From positions 129,841 to 193,840 of IMG/VR virus record IMGVR_UViG_3300021387_001157: a stretch of 64,000 nt of DNA. One strand, 5' to 3'. The stretch is from a virus (lineage: Duplodnaviria > Caudoviricetes). Made by a program: the position numbers and the translations under genes. Below the pieces are notes generated by a model. The model worked only from the letters and a program-made list of their open reading frames with translations, was not told the DNA's origin and made no database searches. How positions within the stretch are numbered: position 1 is the first letter of the stretch; each line of letters opens with the position of its first letter. This document shows, one piece after another, positions 39,430-49,518 of the stretch.

Positions 39430-40215
39430 ATGGACAAACTTAAAAAAGTAATCGACTTTATAGTCAAGTACAAAACATTGTTTCTAATCGGTATCATCTT
39501 GTGTATGTCAGTAATCGTTGTAAACCAATGTTCATCTAACAAAAACCTCAAGAATGAGATTAAAAAACAACATAACAACGAACTCGCCTTACAAGACTCA
39601 ATCACACAGTACACCGATGAACTTGGAAGAGTAAATGCAGAAAAACATGCATATCAACTTTCCCAAAAAGAACTATCCGATTCTATCGGTAAAATTAACA
39701 AGAAACATTTTGAATATGTTTCATACTTAAACACACAACTCGGAATAAAGGATACTGTTGAACTGTTTTTCTACATTGACAGACCATACAGGGATACAAG
39801 TAAATTTGATAACGGAGTCATCAAAATAGACACAACCAATACATTTGGAAAATCTAGTCGTAAACTTCTCGTCTCAATCCCTTATGACATAGATACAATG
39901 TTGAACCTACAAAAAAGCACAATTTCACTCGAGCAGAACATCTTCCTCGAAGGATGGCTTGAACGAAACAACAAGACCAACGAAACATTCGTGCATCTAC
40001 GTTCTGACTACCCAGGTATAACGTTTAATGGTGGAAACGGTTTTGTTGCCGAACCATCTGCCAAATATGACAGAAGTATGAGAAAAAACATGGGTATTGG
40101 ACTTTTTGTTGGACCATCAGTTGGTTTCGGATACACACCAGAGAAATGGCAGCCTTATGTTGGTCTATCGGTTGGTGTTGGTCTCACATTTACTCCGAGA
40201 TTTCTCCAATGGTAA
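39430..40215 (+). CDS. membrane-anchored coiled-coil protein (possible lysis/spanin-like)
   Basis: N-terminal TM, coiled coil, C-terminal beta-rich GIGLFVGPSVGFGY. Confidence 0.55.
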   Translation: MDKLKKVIDFIVKYKTLFLIGIILCMSVIVVNQCSSNKNLKNEIKKQHNNELALQDSITQYTDELGRVNAEKHAYQLSQKELSDSIGKINKKHFEYVSYLNTQLGIKDTVELFFYIDRPYRDTSKFDNGVIKIDTTNTFGKSSRKLLVSIPYDIDTMLNLQKSTISLEQNIFLEGWLERNNKTNETFVHLRSDYPGITFNGGNGFVAEPSAKYDRSMRKNMGIGLFVGPSVGFGYTPEKWQPYVGLSVGVGLTFTPRFLQW

Positions 40216-40217
40216 TC

Positions 40218-40248
40218 TAAAAGGATGAACATCGTTCATCCTTTTTTT
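40218..40248. terminator. bidirectional terminator
   Basis: AAAAGGATGAAC-ATC-GTTCATCCTTTT between convergent genes. Confidence 0.7.
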
Positions 40249-40414
40249 TATTCGTCTATTATAAATGACTTTTTACACTTCTTACATCTTAGTATATATG
40301 AATTTTCAACATCGTCCCATTTGACTTCATCTGACTTAAAATGTTTTCCACAATTCGGACATCGGTTGAAAAGCAATCTTAGTTTTTCAATAAACGTAGT
40401 CACTCTCATCTATT

Positions 40415-40750
40415 TCACTTTTTGTTATCTCTGTTTTTACCTATATGGTATCCGTCACAAAACAAACACTTATATGCACTGAAATGAACACCACGTTTTT
40501 TTGACATTGCTTCTGCACTTTTCAAAGCAGTTTCCTTTGTGTTATATGTGACTTTTGGCTGTCCAGTAGTTTGGTTTATATGGGAATTTATTGAAAATGC
40601 TCCCCAAGCATTCCTGGTTATGAAAAAGTTATAAAAAAACCTCTTTCTTTTAACTTGGTCTAAAAACCACATCCAGAAATTCTTAAACTTTATTCTCTGT
40701 TTCATCATTCCAATGTTTAACAACTTCATTTTCATAATACTCATACACAT
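40415..40750 (-). CDS. hypothetical protein
   Basis: YKCLFCDGYHIG zinc-finger-like. Confidence 0.55.
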   Translation of the reverse strand: MCMSIMKMKLLNIGMMKQRIKFKNFWMWFLDQVKRKRFFYNFFITRNAWGAFSINSHINQTTGQPKVTYNTKETALKSAEAMSKKRGVHFSAYKCLFCDGYHIGKNRDNKK

Positions 40751-40868
40751 TCATATAACAACTATGTGTCTTGTCCATCTTTCGTTTTGCTTCAAAAAGG
40801 ATAGAAAATATCTTGTATAAAGTATCATTTGATGGAAGTTCGCTATTTGTGTTTTTTTCTTGTATTTT

Positions 40869-40906
40869 AAAAAGGGATTCTCTAATTCAATCTGAGAATC
40901 CCTTTT
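40869..40906 (-). terminator. intrinsic terminator
   Basis: AAAAAGGGATTCTC..GAGAATCCCTTTTT. Confidence 0.7.
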
Positions 40907-40938
40907 TATATCCTTTTGTATAAGATTCTACATCCATT

Positions 40939-41256
40939 TTAATAAAGTTGTCTTGCATCATCTATGGACAGCATAGTCTTATTTTCCAAATCCAACCTAA
41001 ATCTTTCTGTTGGATTTTCGACACTATATGCATATTTTCCATCGAAAAATATATGATAAACACCATCATTCGTCAATACAACATGTGTCCATGCAGATGT
41101 CATTGCATCTCCGCCGACACCGCCGAAACCTAGTGATGTGTTCCCCCACATCTGTGTAAATACCCAGACATTCTCAACTTCCAAATCAGGAAACGTGGAC
41201 ATTCTGTCATCAACTTTTATTGTCGATAAAGATAAACTTTTTAACATTTTTTTCAT
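40939..41256 (-). CDS. hypothetical phage protein
   Basis: FTQMWGNTSLGFGGVGG. Confidence 0.65.
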   Translation of the reverse strand: MKKMLKSLSLSTIKVDDRMSTFPDLEVENVWVFTQMWGNTSLGFGGVGGDAMTSAWTHVVLTNDGVYHIFFDGKYAYSVENPTERFRLDLENKTMLSIDDARQLY

Positions 41257-41389
41257 AATAAACTATTCTTGTTTGTTTTTATTTTTGTCAATTATCACTA
41301 AAATATTTTTATTTTTTTCCATTGTCTCTTTCATAGCTTTTTGTTTAGCTTCCTCTAAAAGAGTGTACATTGTGTTATCACTGTTCATA

Positions 41390-42070
41390 TTATTCTAATT
41401 TTTTACATTCTTCTTCACTATATTTTTCATGAAGTCTGTCAATCCACCATTTTGTTTTGAATTTCACTTTCGGCATTCTCTGCCCTTTCAACAAAGAAGA
41501 CCTTCGACAAACAACACCTTCTTTGACCATTGGGTATTTACAATCCGGTTTCGTCCAGTCATTTTCGAAAATTTCATTGATGAAAGTCTTCGTCAAAATT
41601 CCTTGGTATATGAGTTCGGGGGTTTCAATGTCTGGATTGTCACAAAATAGTTCAATAAATGGTTTCGGTTCAATGTATCCCTTTTTCTTGATAAAGACAT
41701 CAATGAGTGGTAGTCTCATCTCATCACCAATCTGGTGTACACCGGCGAAACTGTTCTCACCATACCATTCAAAAAAGAACGTCACTTCATCAACTCCTGT
41801 GAATAAACCACCTTTACCATTGTTTTTCTTCACAATTTCTGTGAGAACTTGTGGTATAGTTGAATTTTTGAAAAATCTGACGGTATTGCCAAACTGTTCA
41901 GATGATTCATCTACCATCTGTGTTCTGCTCCCAAACGTATCGAATACCATCTTTTTCAGATTAAACTTTGCACAGAAATTCTGACCGTCCAACTTATTGA
42001 AAGCATACACATATTCCCCCATAAGTGTTCCGTCATCTTCTATTCTAGATATACTGTCGTAATGTTTCAT
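41390..42070 (-). CDS. RNA ligase-like nucleotidyltransferase
   Basis: KLDGQN, FFEWYG, EGVV, K.K. Confidence 0.75.
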   Translation of the reverse strand: MKHYDSISRIEDDGTLMGEYVYAFNKLDGQNFCAKFNLKKMVFDTFGSRTQMVDESSEQFGNTVRFFKNSTIPQVLTEIVKKNNGKGGLFTGVDEVTFFFEWYGENSFAGVHQIGDEMRLPLIDVFIKKKGYIEPKPFIELFCDNPDIETPELIYQGILTKTFINEIFENDWTKPDCKYPMVKEGVVCRRSSLLKGQRMPKVKFKTKWWIDRLHEKYSEEECKKLE

Positions 42071-42318
42071 TGTTTCAACAATAGTTTTTTTACAAATTCA
42101 CCAAAAAACTCTGCTTGCTTTTTTTCTTCCTCTTCTGTGAATTCCGGTGAGCTCATTCTTTCTGGATGTTCATCGAGAAATCTGTCTGAATGAAGATGTG
42201 TTGTTGTTCCATCTTCATTCACACTGATACTTTCAAGTTCATATGCAAGTGTATTTTTGTATATTTCATGAAGAATCTCAATAGAACGGTTTTTACAAGT
42301 TCTACACAACTTATCCAT
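42067..42318 (-). CDS. hypothetical protein
   Basis: ORF. Confidence 0.5.
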   Translation of the reverse strand: MDKLCRTCKNRSIEILHEIYKNTLAYELESISVNEDGTTTHLHSDRFLDEHPERMSSPEFTEEEEKKQAEFFGEFVKKLLLKQ

Positions 42319-42321
42319 AAG

Positions 42322-42981
42322 TTATTTCTTCTTTGTGTATATTTTGTCTATAAGTCCATATTCTAGTGCTTCACTTGCAGTCAACCAATGGTCACGGTCA
42401 CAATCTGCAATGACTTTTTCGAAACTTTGACCAGAATTGTCGGACAACATCTTACAAAGTTCATCCTTGACAAGTTTAATCTGTTCGGCTTCGATTAGAA
42501 TATCAGACGCCTGTCCCCTTGCCCCACCGAGAGGTTGGTGAATCATTACTCTAGAATGTTTCAAAGCACTCCTCTTTCCTTTTGCTCCAGCAGAAAGGAT
42601 AACTGCACCCATACTTGCTGCCATACCCATACAAACCGTCTGAATATCGTTATTGATAAAGTTCATAGTGTCTATGATTGCCAAACCGGAATAAACCTCA
42701 CCACCTGGCGAATTGATGTTCAAAGTGATGTCTTCATCACCACTCAACGAACTAAGATACAACATCTGTGCATTGATAATGTTTGCAACGTCAGCATCAA
42801 TTCCAGTACCGAGAAATATAATCCTCTCCATCATAAGACGACTGAACACATCCATTTGGGTGACATTTAACTGTCTCTCCTCAAGAATAGTAGGGTTGAT
42901 ATAACCCATTCGTGCAATATATTTGTCGAGTCCATTTTCATTGACTCCATTTCCTTTTGCAAATTTCTTAAAATCTTCCAT
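42322..42981 (-). CDS. clpP: ATP-dependent Clp protease proteolytic subunit
   Basis: DVFSRLMMERIIFL, INSPGG, AASMG, MIHQPLGG. Confidence 0.97.
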   Translation of the reverse strand: MEDFKKFAKGNGVNENGLDKYIARMGYINPTILEERQLNVTQMDVFSRLMMERIIFLGTGIDADVANIINAQMLYLSSLSGDEDITLNINSPGGEVYSGLAIIDTMNFINNDIQTVCMGMAASMGAVILSAGAKGKRSALKHSRVMIHQPLGGARGQASDILIEAEQIKLVKDELCKMLSDNSGQSFEKVIADCDRDHWLTASEALEYGLIDKIYTKKK

Positions 42982-42983
42982 AT

Positions 42984-43838
42984 TTAAATAGTTATAATAA
43001 AGTATTCGGAATTTCCAGCGTTATCGACAAACCATAAATCCTTCCCATTCGACATTGTTGTCTTGTAGAAACAATTATCCAACACACAATCAAATTCCGT
43101 ATTTTTGAAACAAAATTTTCTATTTTCTTCTACACACATCATAGTGTGTCCAACAACTTGTCTGAAATCACCGTATGGATACTTGGCGAGCATCGTAGGA
43201 CGTATCCACGTTGGACCTTGATTTGGGTGGTTTCCCCAACCACTGAAATCATAATCGTAGTATGATACTATTGAACATAGTTCATCAACACTCCATCCTT
43301 TCTTACAAACTTTTTTAAAATCATATCCTTTTGATGTAACCATATTTACCCAATCATAACTTACACCGGCATGACTGAAGATACAATTTCCAATGACAAA
43401 CATAAGTCTCGAATCTTTAAGATTTTCGGAAATAAGATTTCTGATAGTTTCAATCTCATATTCATCTTTGGAACTTCTGTTTGTCTCATCAGATTCAATG
43501 ATATATTTTGAAAGGTCATGATTTCCAAGAATAGACACAATTCTGTCATCCATTTTCATGCAAGAAATAAATGTATTGTATCTTTCGACCATAGTTTCGA
43601 AATCGACATTTCCATATGGGTCAAAATGGTCCCCGAGAACTACTATTTTACTCACATCGTCGTTATGTTTCAAAATATGTTCATATCCTTCGATGAACTT
43701 TGGAGTACCATGAATATCACCAATCACTGCAATCTTTTGACATTCCGTCAAATCAATCAAAACCCGTTCAGAATTTTGTTTGCTCACTTCTGGTTCTGTC
43801 GTTAATGTTATTATATGTGATGATATATTATTTTTCAT
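42984..43838 (-). CDS. metallophosphoesterase
   Basis: GDIHG, LGD, GNHD, SHAG, VGHT. Confidence 0.9.
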   Translation of the reverse strand: MKNNISSHIITLTTEPEVSKQNSERVLIDLTECQKIAVIGDIHGTPKFIEGYEHILKHNDDVSKIVVLGDHFDPYGNVDFETMVERYNTFISCMKMDDRIVSILGNHDLSKYIIESDETNRSSKDEYEIETIRNLISENLKDSRLMFVIGNCIFSHAGVSYDWVNMVTSKGYDFKKVCKKGWSVDELCSIVSYYDYDFSGWGNHPNQGPTWIRPTMLAKYPYGDFRQVVGHTMMCVEENRKFCFKNTEFDCVLDNCFYKTTMSNGKDLWFVDNAGNSEYFIITI

Positions 43839-44596
43839 TTTTTGTTCTGGTTTATGAATCTACGGGTCGTGTAGTATAGCACAACATATCTCTTTCCGTT
43901 TGATTCCTTGTACTCACACTTATTTTTCCACATAAACACAAAGTTATTGACCAACATTCTCTTGAAAAAATCTTGAAGATTGTTGATAAATTCGTCGTCT
44001 GACATGTCATATGTATGGTACAATATTTGTTTTTCTATGTCGATATAGAATCGAACATCATTTTCTATCGGGAGTTTTCTACCGATACCGAAAACAACTC
44101 CGTTTGGATGGATGGCGACTCTTGGTGTTCCGACAACATATACTTTGCTGTTTTTGGAAAATTCGTCGATGAGTTTTTCGACTCTTTTTGATATACTCTC
44201 TTCTGTCTTTTCAACCGTTTCTATATTTTTTGGTTCTTCATCTGAATTATTTTTTGGTTCGTTTTCATAAAAAAATGTCACAATACCATCTTTAATATGA
44301 AGATATTTCATTTTAAAGACAATATTGTCAGATGAAAACATACGTGTCACAGACAATTCTTGCATAAAATCAATCATTGCCCCATCCAAATCCTCTTCTG
44401 ATACACTATCTCCGGCCTTCAATATCTGTTTTACGATGGAAGGTGTCAATTCAATCGAAAATGTATTCAACCTTATCACATCCTCCCACTTCTCTTTGCT
44501 TACCTTTATTTTTAAAACATTCATTTTTATTATTTTTTTTTTTTGATTATATATCACTTCCGACCATCGTCTCAAACGTTTCAAGTAAAATCTCAA
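43835..44596 (-). CDS. hypothetical protein
   Basis: long ORF; start uncertain. Confidence 0.6.
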   Translation of the reverse strand: MRFYLKRLRRWSEVIYNQKKKIIKMNVLKIKVSKEKWEDVIRLNTFSIELTPSIVKQILKAGDSVSEEDLDGAMIDFMQELSVTRMFSSDNIVFKMKYLHIKDGIVTFFYENEPKNNSDEEPKNIETVEKTEESISKRVEKLIDEFSKNSKVYVVGTPRVAIHPNGVVFGIGRKLPIENDVRFYIDIEKQILYHTYDMSDDEFINNLQDFFKRMLVNNFVFMWKNKCEYKESNGKRYVVLYYTTRRFINQNKK

Positions 44597-44709
44597 AACG
44601 TTTTTTCAAATCAGACAGTTCATCGTTTCTTTTATGTAGTTTTTCTATAAGTTCTTTATTCTTTTTCCTTAATTCACAATTTTCTCTGTAATATCGTGAA
44701 ATTACTTCA

Positions 44710-45261
44710 CTATTTTTCATTTTTATTAAGTTTGGTTGTATCTTCGGAAATAGTGTCTTCAAACCATTGTCCGAAATCATCTGTCTTAGATACAAATTCG
44801 GGTTCGTGTTCCTGTAACCACATACACTGTTCTACAAACTCCTTTTTGATTTGACTCAAGTCAAAGTTACTGTATTTTCGAATATATCCGAGACATTTAA
44901 AAATGTCGTTTCCGAATACCATTGCTTCGACATTCGTATATTCATCAAATACACTTTTTACTTTATTTCCACCAATTATCAGTTCTCTGTTAAAGATTTC
45001 TATCTTTCCAGAATATGAAATTCTTAACACAGAATCTTTCATAAAATGGTTTTCTCTTACCCATTTGTAGTTCAGGTCAACTACTCCCTTTGTATTAATC
45101 ATATTATGAACCCACCAATAACGATGAACATCACAATACCATTCGGGTAAATCTGATGGTTTTTTCTTTGTTTTGTATAAACGACAGTTACGATTAGCGG
45201 TAAGGAAACCGTCTTCTTTCGGGTCTCTCGAATAATAATATTCGTTTGCTAATTTTCCCAT
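44710..45261 (-). CDS. hypothetical protein
   Basis: 183 aa ORF; TAG stop. Confidence 0.6.
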   Translation of the reverse strand: MGKLANEYYYSRDPKEDGFLTANRNCRLYKTKKKPSDLPEWYCDVHRYWWVHNMINTKGVVDLNYKWVRENHFMKDSVLRISYSGKIEIFNRELIIGGNKVKSVFDEYTNVEAMVFGNDIFKCLGYIRKYSNFDLSQIKKEFVEQCMWLQEHEPEFVSKTDDFGQWFEDTISEDTTKLNKNEK

Positions 45262-45264
45262 ATC

Positions 45265-45753
45265 TTAAAACTCTGTTTTTATTATCATGTCATAGTCATC
45301 AAACCCATCGAACTCTTCCTCGTCTACCAAAAGTCTTTTCTCGATATTCTCATATTCTTTTGCAGACTTACTTCTTAATTTAAGACGGTCTCTTCTAGTG
45401 CAATATGGTGTGTCAATATAAATGACAAAACAGTTTTCACGAATACCCAAGTTCCTCAAATTTTGGATTCCTTGTGGTGCCATAATTACCACGTCCGACA
45501 AATCCCATTCTTTAGTGGATGTTCCATAATAAAAACCACCAAATTTTTGATATTCGACAAACTTTCCTTCATTAATCATTTTTTCAAATTCTTCATTCGA
45601 AACGAAATGATACTCTTTACCATCAACCTCACAATCTCTCATCGGTCTAGTTGTGTGTGACACAAGATGACGGAAACCACGTTTCTCAAAACGTTCCATC
45701 AACACATTTTTTCCGGATGCCCCTTTACCTACGATAATTATTTTATTACTCAT
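45265..45753 (-). CDS. gmk: guanylate kinase
   Basis: GKGASGK, VSHTTRPMR..EVDGKEYHFVS, YYGT. Confidence 0.9.
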   Translation of the reverse strand: MSNKIIIVGKGASGKNVLMERFEKRGFRHLVSHTTRPMRDCEVDGKEYHFVSNEEFEKMINEGKFVEYQKFGGFYYGTSTKEWDLSDVVIMAPQGIQNLRNLGIRENCFVIYIDTPYCTRRDRLKLRSKSAKEYENIEKRLLVDEEEFDGFDDYDMIIKTEF

Positions 45754-46162
45754 TTTCTTTTTCTTTAAAATTTGTTGGTTTTTTGTTATTCTCTTTTACA
45801 CAAAACTTACAGTCATCCTGACTTTTGTTAATGCAGTCTTGACAAAATTGAGATAATGTCATTCTTACATGGGTGACCGTTCCGATGGTCTCATAAACTT
45901 GAAAAACAATCATATCCCAAGTTTCCTTATCTATTTGCTTGAAACAACTATCGGCATTGGATATTTTTGTCTCAGATACACCAGCCTTTACGATATTCTT
46001 TTTACTGGTTTTTTTCTCAGTCTCAAACGAGAGAAAAACTTTTGTACATAATGCTTCACCACTTTCATCGATAGAATCGATACGATACACAAATGTCGTT
46101 TCTAAAAATGATGTCTCTCCGTCGAGAACATATTTGTCTAAAAAATAATCTCCTTTTTTCAT
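45746..46162 (-). CDS. hypothetical protein
   Basis: ORF. Confidence 0.55.
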   Translation of the reverse strand: MKKGDYFLDKYVLDGETSFLETTFVYRIDSIDESGEALCTKVFLSFETEKKTSKKNIVKAGVSETKISNADSCFKQIDKETWDMIVFQVYETIGTVTHVRMTLSQFCQDCINKSQDDCKFCVKENNKKPTNFKEKENE

Positions 46163-46476
46163 ACTTTATTTATCGGATTTTTACTGTTATAATACAACGT
46201 CAATGATGTCAACGACAAAGTTACGATACGGAACTCAAGGAAATAACTGAAAGACTTCGAGAATATAAATTCGACAAATTTGTTCTCTTTTTTGAACAAC
46301 TTGATTTCAAAATTGATATATTGTGCCAAATTCTTGATTAAATTACGGCACGTGTCAAGTTGTTTCAAATTTTCACAACTGTCAATTATTTTTTTTATGT
46401 GTTGAATTTTTTTATCGACATTATTCTCGATAGCAGCAATGTCAATCATTATTTTTATAACTTTATCGTAAAACAT
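46159..46476 (-). CDS. hypothetical protein
   Basis: ORF. Confidence 0.55.
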   Translation of the reverse strand: MFYDKVIKIMIDIAAIENNVDKKIQHIKKIIDSCENLKQLDTCRNLIKNLAQYINFEIKLFKKENKFVEFIFSKSFSYFLEFRIVTLSLTSLTLYYNSKNPINKV

Positions 46477-46479
46477 ATT

Positions 46480-46971
46480 TTATATTTTTTTGTACATTTT
46501 CGTAGAACGTTCTGATTCTTCGTATCCAAGACATTCCCAGAATTTCCTAGAACTTTCATCAAACGGAGAAACTTCAACACAATTGAAACCACTTTTGTTT
46601 GCAAAATTCTCAATACTTTTAACAAGAGTCTTTCCAAAACCGTAGTTCCTGTAGAAGCGACTTACTTCAATAGCGAGTATCGACAAGTTGTCACCAACCG
46701 TGTCAACACACACAAATGATATAATATCACCAAGATAAACCTTCACCCAAGTTTTGTCGTATGATTCGTCATTCAAAAAACGAGACTCACTAATTTCGAC
46801 AGAAAACATAGTGTCGTCTGTTTTTTCGTTTGTTAGCATATCAAACGACCCATTTGATAAAAGTTCTTCTTTCACTTCTTTTTGAGACAAGACTTGAACA
46901 AAGAATGCACATCCTCTGTTCTGAAATCCAGACTCAATTTCATTTACTAAGTTAATTAAATCTATTTTCAT
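46480..46971 (-). CDS. GNAT acetyltransferase
   Basis: IEV..YRNYGFGKTLV..FWECLGY. Confidence 0.8.
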   Translation of the reverse strand: MKIDLINLVNEIESGFQNRGCAFFVQVLSQKEVKEELLSNGSFDMLTNEKTDDTMFSVEISESRFLNDESYDKTWVKVYLGDIISFVCVDTVGDNLSILAIEVSRFYRNYGFGKTLVKSIENFANKSGFNCVEVSPFDESSRKFWECLGYEESERSTKMYKKI

Positions 46972-47042
46972 ACATTTTTTTTCAAAGATACTATTTTTCG
47001 TATTAAAAATAACAAAAAATGGGTGGTTTTTTTAACCACCCA

Positions 47043-47450
47043 TTAATTTTCTTCAATAATATCAATAGAAGTCGCCATAAGCATACCATTTTTTATAAGC
47101 ATACACCTATATGTTTCATTATCGTCCAAGAAATCTTGGACATCGTTTTTACTGTATATGTCTCCGTTATACCCAATTTCCTCGAATCGTTCAGACACCT
47201 CTTCGTCACCAATATATGTATCAAATCTCATATTCTCTTCATCAAGACAGTAAAGATACAGATTTTCATCATTTTTCCTATTTTCGATTGTAGCCAAATC
47301 ACCAATAGGTTTCGTATCACTTCCATAGACTATATCGTCTTCCTCGTTATAGTAATAATACGGTCTTGTAAGGTAACATTCTGTGTCAGATACACGATTT
47401 ATATTTAATTCTTCGTTTATAAATTCATCAAAGGTTACAATTTTACTCAT
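47043..47450 (-). CDS. acidic protein with FDEFINE N-terminus
   Basis: likely start MSKIVTFDEFINEE. Confidence 0.6.
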   Translation of the reverse strand: MSKIVTFDEFINEELNINRVSDTECYLTRPYYYYNEEDDIVYGSDTKPIGDLATIENRKNDENLYLYCLDEENMRFDTYIGDEEVSERFEEIGYNGDIYSKNDVQDFLDDNETYRCMLIKNGMLMATSIDIIEEN

Positions 47451-47451
47451 G

Positions 47452-47799
47452 TTATTTAAGTATTTCGTTAAACTCATCTTCATTAATCTTACCATCAAGA
47501 AGCAAGTCAAGATTTGTAATACTCTCATTCACTCTATCGATGTCTTCAATAAGGTTACGAAGTGTGTCCTTTGTATTTTCCGAAAGATTATATACGGGAC
47601 GGAAACAATTACAAGCGTAATCTGGAGTTGTAATTTTTATGTTATTGAAATGATATTTGTGTCCGTTTCTTTCATTGACACATCCGAGTGAACATCCGCC
47701 ATCGACATATTTCTCACAATTCTTACATGCCGGTTTATCATTATTAGATTTTTCAATAATGTTTGAAATTCTTTCTTTTAATTCAGTGTATTCTTTCAT
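47452..47799 (-). CDS. Cys-rich hypothetical protein
   Basis: ORF behind a CATAAATA motif. Confidence 0.55.
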   Translation of the reverse strand: MKEYTELKERISNIIEKSNNDKPACKNCEKYVDGGCSLGCVNERNGHKYHFNNIKITTPDYACNCFRPVYNLSENTKDTLRNLIEDIDRVNESITNLDLLLDGKINEDEFNEILK

Positions 47800-47871
47800 A
47801 ACTTTATGTGTTTATATTAGTATTTATGTTGAAATCTAGTTTCATAAATATATTATAATTATAAGATTAAT

Positions 47872-48417
47872 ATGAGAAACTTTTTACCAGACTTTAAATC
47901 ATTCTTAGAAATAAACGAAGGAGTTCTTACTAATTATAGAAAAGAAAGAGACGGACAAAAGATTCATGGAGAACAAATGGTTGGAACATTTGATGAAGTA
48001 ATACATATGCTCATTAAAGAAAGAATCCCTTTCTATTTCGATTGTGAATATGAAGAATACAATAAAATAGGTTTCCTAATGCATGAGTCTCTGAACGGAC
48101 AATCTTTCAATGGATACATTCTCGATTCTAATAAAACAGAAGATGCCTTATGTAAAGAATTTACAGAGAAAATATGTAAATCAGTAGTTGTAGACAAACC
48201 TGGAAAACTTTGTATTGGAAGAAGTGACTTTGCAGACCTTCAGAAAGCAAATGACCTTGATACGATAATTGTTGTTGTTAAGGCATTCAAGAAATTTTCA
48301 AAAGACAAAGGGTTAACTTCAAGAGAAATAACAGGAAACAAATATGAAGTAAGAGTAAATATAGACTTTCTTTGTGATACTAACAATAGAAATAATATCA
48401 TCGAATATGTCTTCTAA
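47872..48417 (+). CDS. hypothetical late protein
   Basis: CATAAATA upstream; FKSFLEINE N-terminus. Confidence 0.6.
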   Translation: MRNFLPDFKSFLEINEGVLTNYRKERDGQKIHGEQMVGTFDEVIHMLIKERIPFYFDCEYEEYNKIGFLMHESLNGQSFNGYILDSNKTEDALCKEFTEKICKSVVVDKPGKLCIGRSDFADLQKANDLDTIIVVVKAFKKFSKDKGLTSREITGNKYEVRVNIDFLCDTNNRNNIIEYVF

Positions 48418-48467
48418 TTTGATAAACTTTTATATTATGATATTACAAATGAGCCAGAATTAGACAT

Positions 48468-48500
48468 AAAAAGTCCATCAAACAAATGATGGACTTTTTT
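48468..48500. terminator. bidirectional terminator
   Basis: AAAAAGTCCATCA..TGATGGACTTTTTT. Confidence 0.7.
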
Positions 48501-49250
48501 TTATTTCTCATCCTTTACTTTTTTCAATAATTCCATTTGCTTACTATTTAGTCGTTTAGGCATCTTGATAATGAAGTTGATTTTGATATTTCCGTACTCA
48601 TTATCACTTTTGAATTTTGGAAATCCTTGTTTAGGAACAATAATAAAACCTCCATTTTGGGAGTATTTTGGTATTTTGAATGATATTTTTCTGTCGAAGA
48701 ACTTTGTCTCTACTGTTGCACCAAGTATGGCATCCAACCAGTCGACGGCGAACATCATTTCTATTGTTCCGTCTTTGTCAATATAGTATTTGTCTGAATT
48801 TTGTACATCAACAAAAATTAAAAGGTCTCCATTGGTGTAGTTTCCCATCATATCAAAACCAGCACCTCCGAGTCCAGATAGTTTCAGCACCTTGCCAGGT
48901 GTCGTACCCTTTGGAATATCGACGTTATATGTCTTTATGCCGACGTTTATCACTTTTTTGCATCCGTAGTACGCTTCTTCGATACTTATGGATATTTTTA
49001 TACTGATGTTTGTCGGTGGTTTTGCCGTTCTGAATCCGTTGAATATATTTGAGTTTTTTTTGAAATCATATTCACGTCTTTTAGTTTCGTCACCTATTGT
49101 GGAATATGCTTCATTGATTTCTTTGAACATCGTATCATCACCGTTATTTTTATCTGGATGATATTTCATACTCAGTTTTCTAAATGCTTTCTTAATCTCA
49201 TCTTGTGTTGCATGTCTGTCAACACCAAGTATTGAATAGTAGTCTTTCAT
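48501..49250 (-). CDS. dnaJ: DnaJ/CbpA-type co-chaperone
   Basis: [16 protein letters not shown]; DnaJ C-terminal domain. Confidence 0.92.
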   Translation of the reverse strand: MKDYYSILGVDRHATQDEIKKAFRKLSMKYHPDKNNGDDTMFKEINEAYSTIGDETKRREYDFKKNSNIFNGFRTAKPPTNISIKISISIEEAYYGCKKVINVGIKTYNVDIPKGTTPGKVLKLSGLGGAGFDMMGNYTNGDLLIFVDVQNSDKYYIDKDGTIEMMFAVDWLDAILGATVETKFFDRKISFKIPKYSQNGGFIIVPKQGFPKFKSDNEYGNIKINFIIKMPKRLNSKQMELLKKVKDEK

Positions 49251-49307
49251 ATATGTATTTATATGTTTTATTCCAAAATAAAAATAACAAAAAAACATAA
49301 ATACATT

Positions 49308-49505
49308 ATGGAAAATAACAAAGAAAATCCAATCCTTAAAAAGATAAGGTATTATCAGGGTTCAGTCAAAGATTTTGCATCTTATTGGGAAACGAGATGT
49401 TCAGAGGGAATATCTGAAGAAAGTGAGGAAACGAAGTCTTTGAAGAAAAGAAACGATGATTTGAATAAGGCATATACAATAATCCCCGTAGAAGACGAGG
49501 ATTAA
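49308..49505 (+). CDS. hypothetical protein
   Basis: ORF after CATAAATA. Confidence 0.5.
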   Translation: MENNKENPILKKIRYYQGSVKDFASYWETRCSEGISEESEETKSLKKRNDDLNKAYTIIPVEDED

Positions 49506-49518
49506 AAGAAGATGAAAT

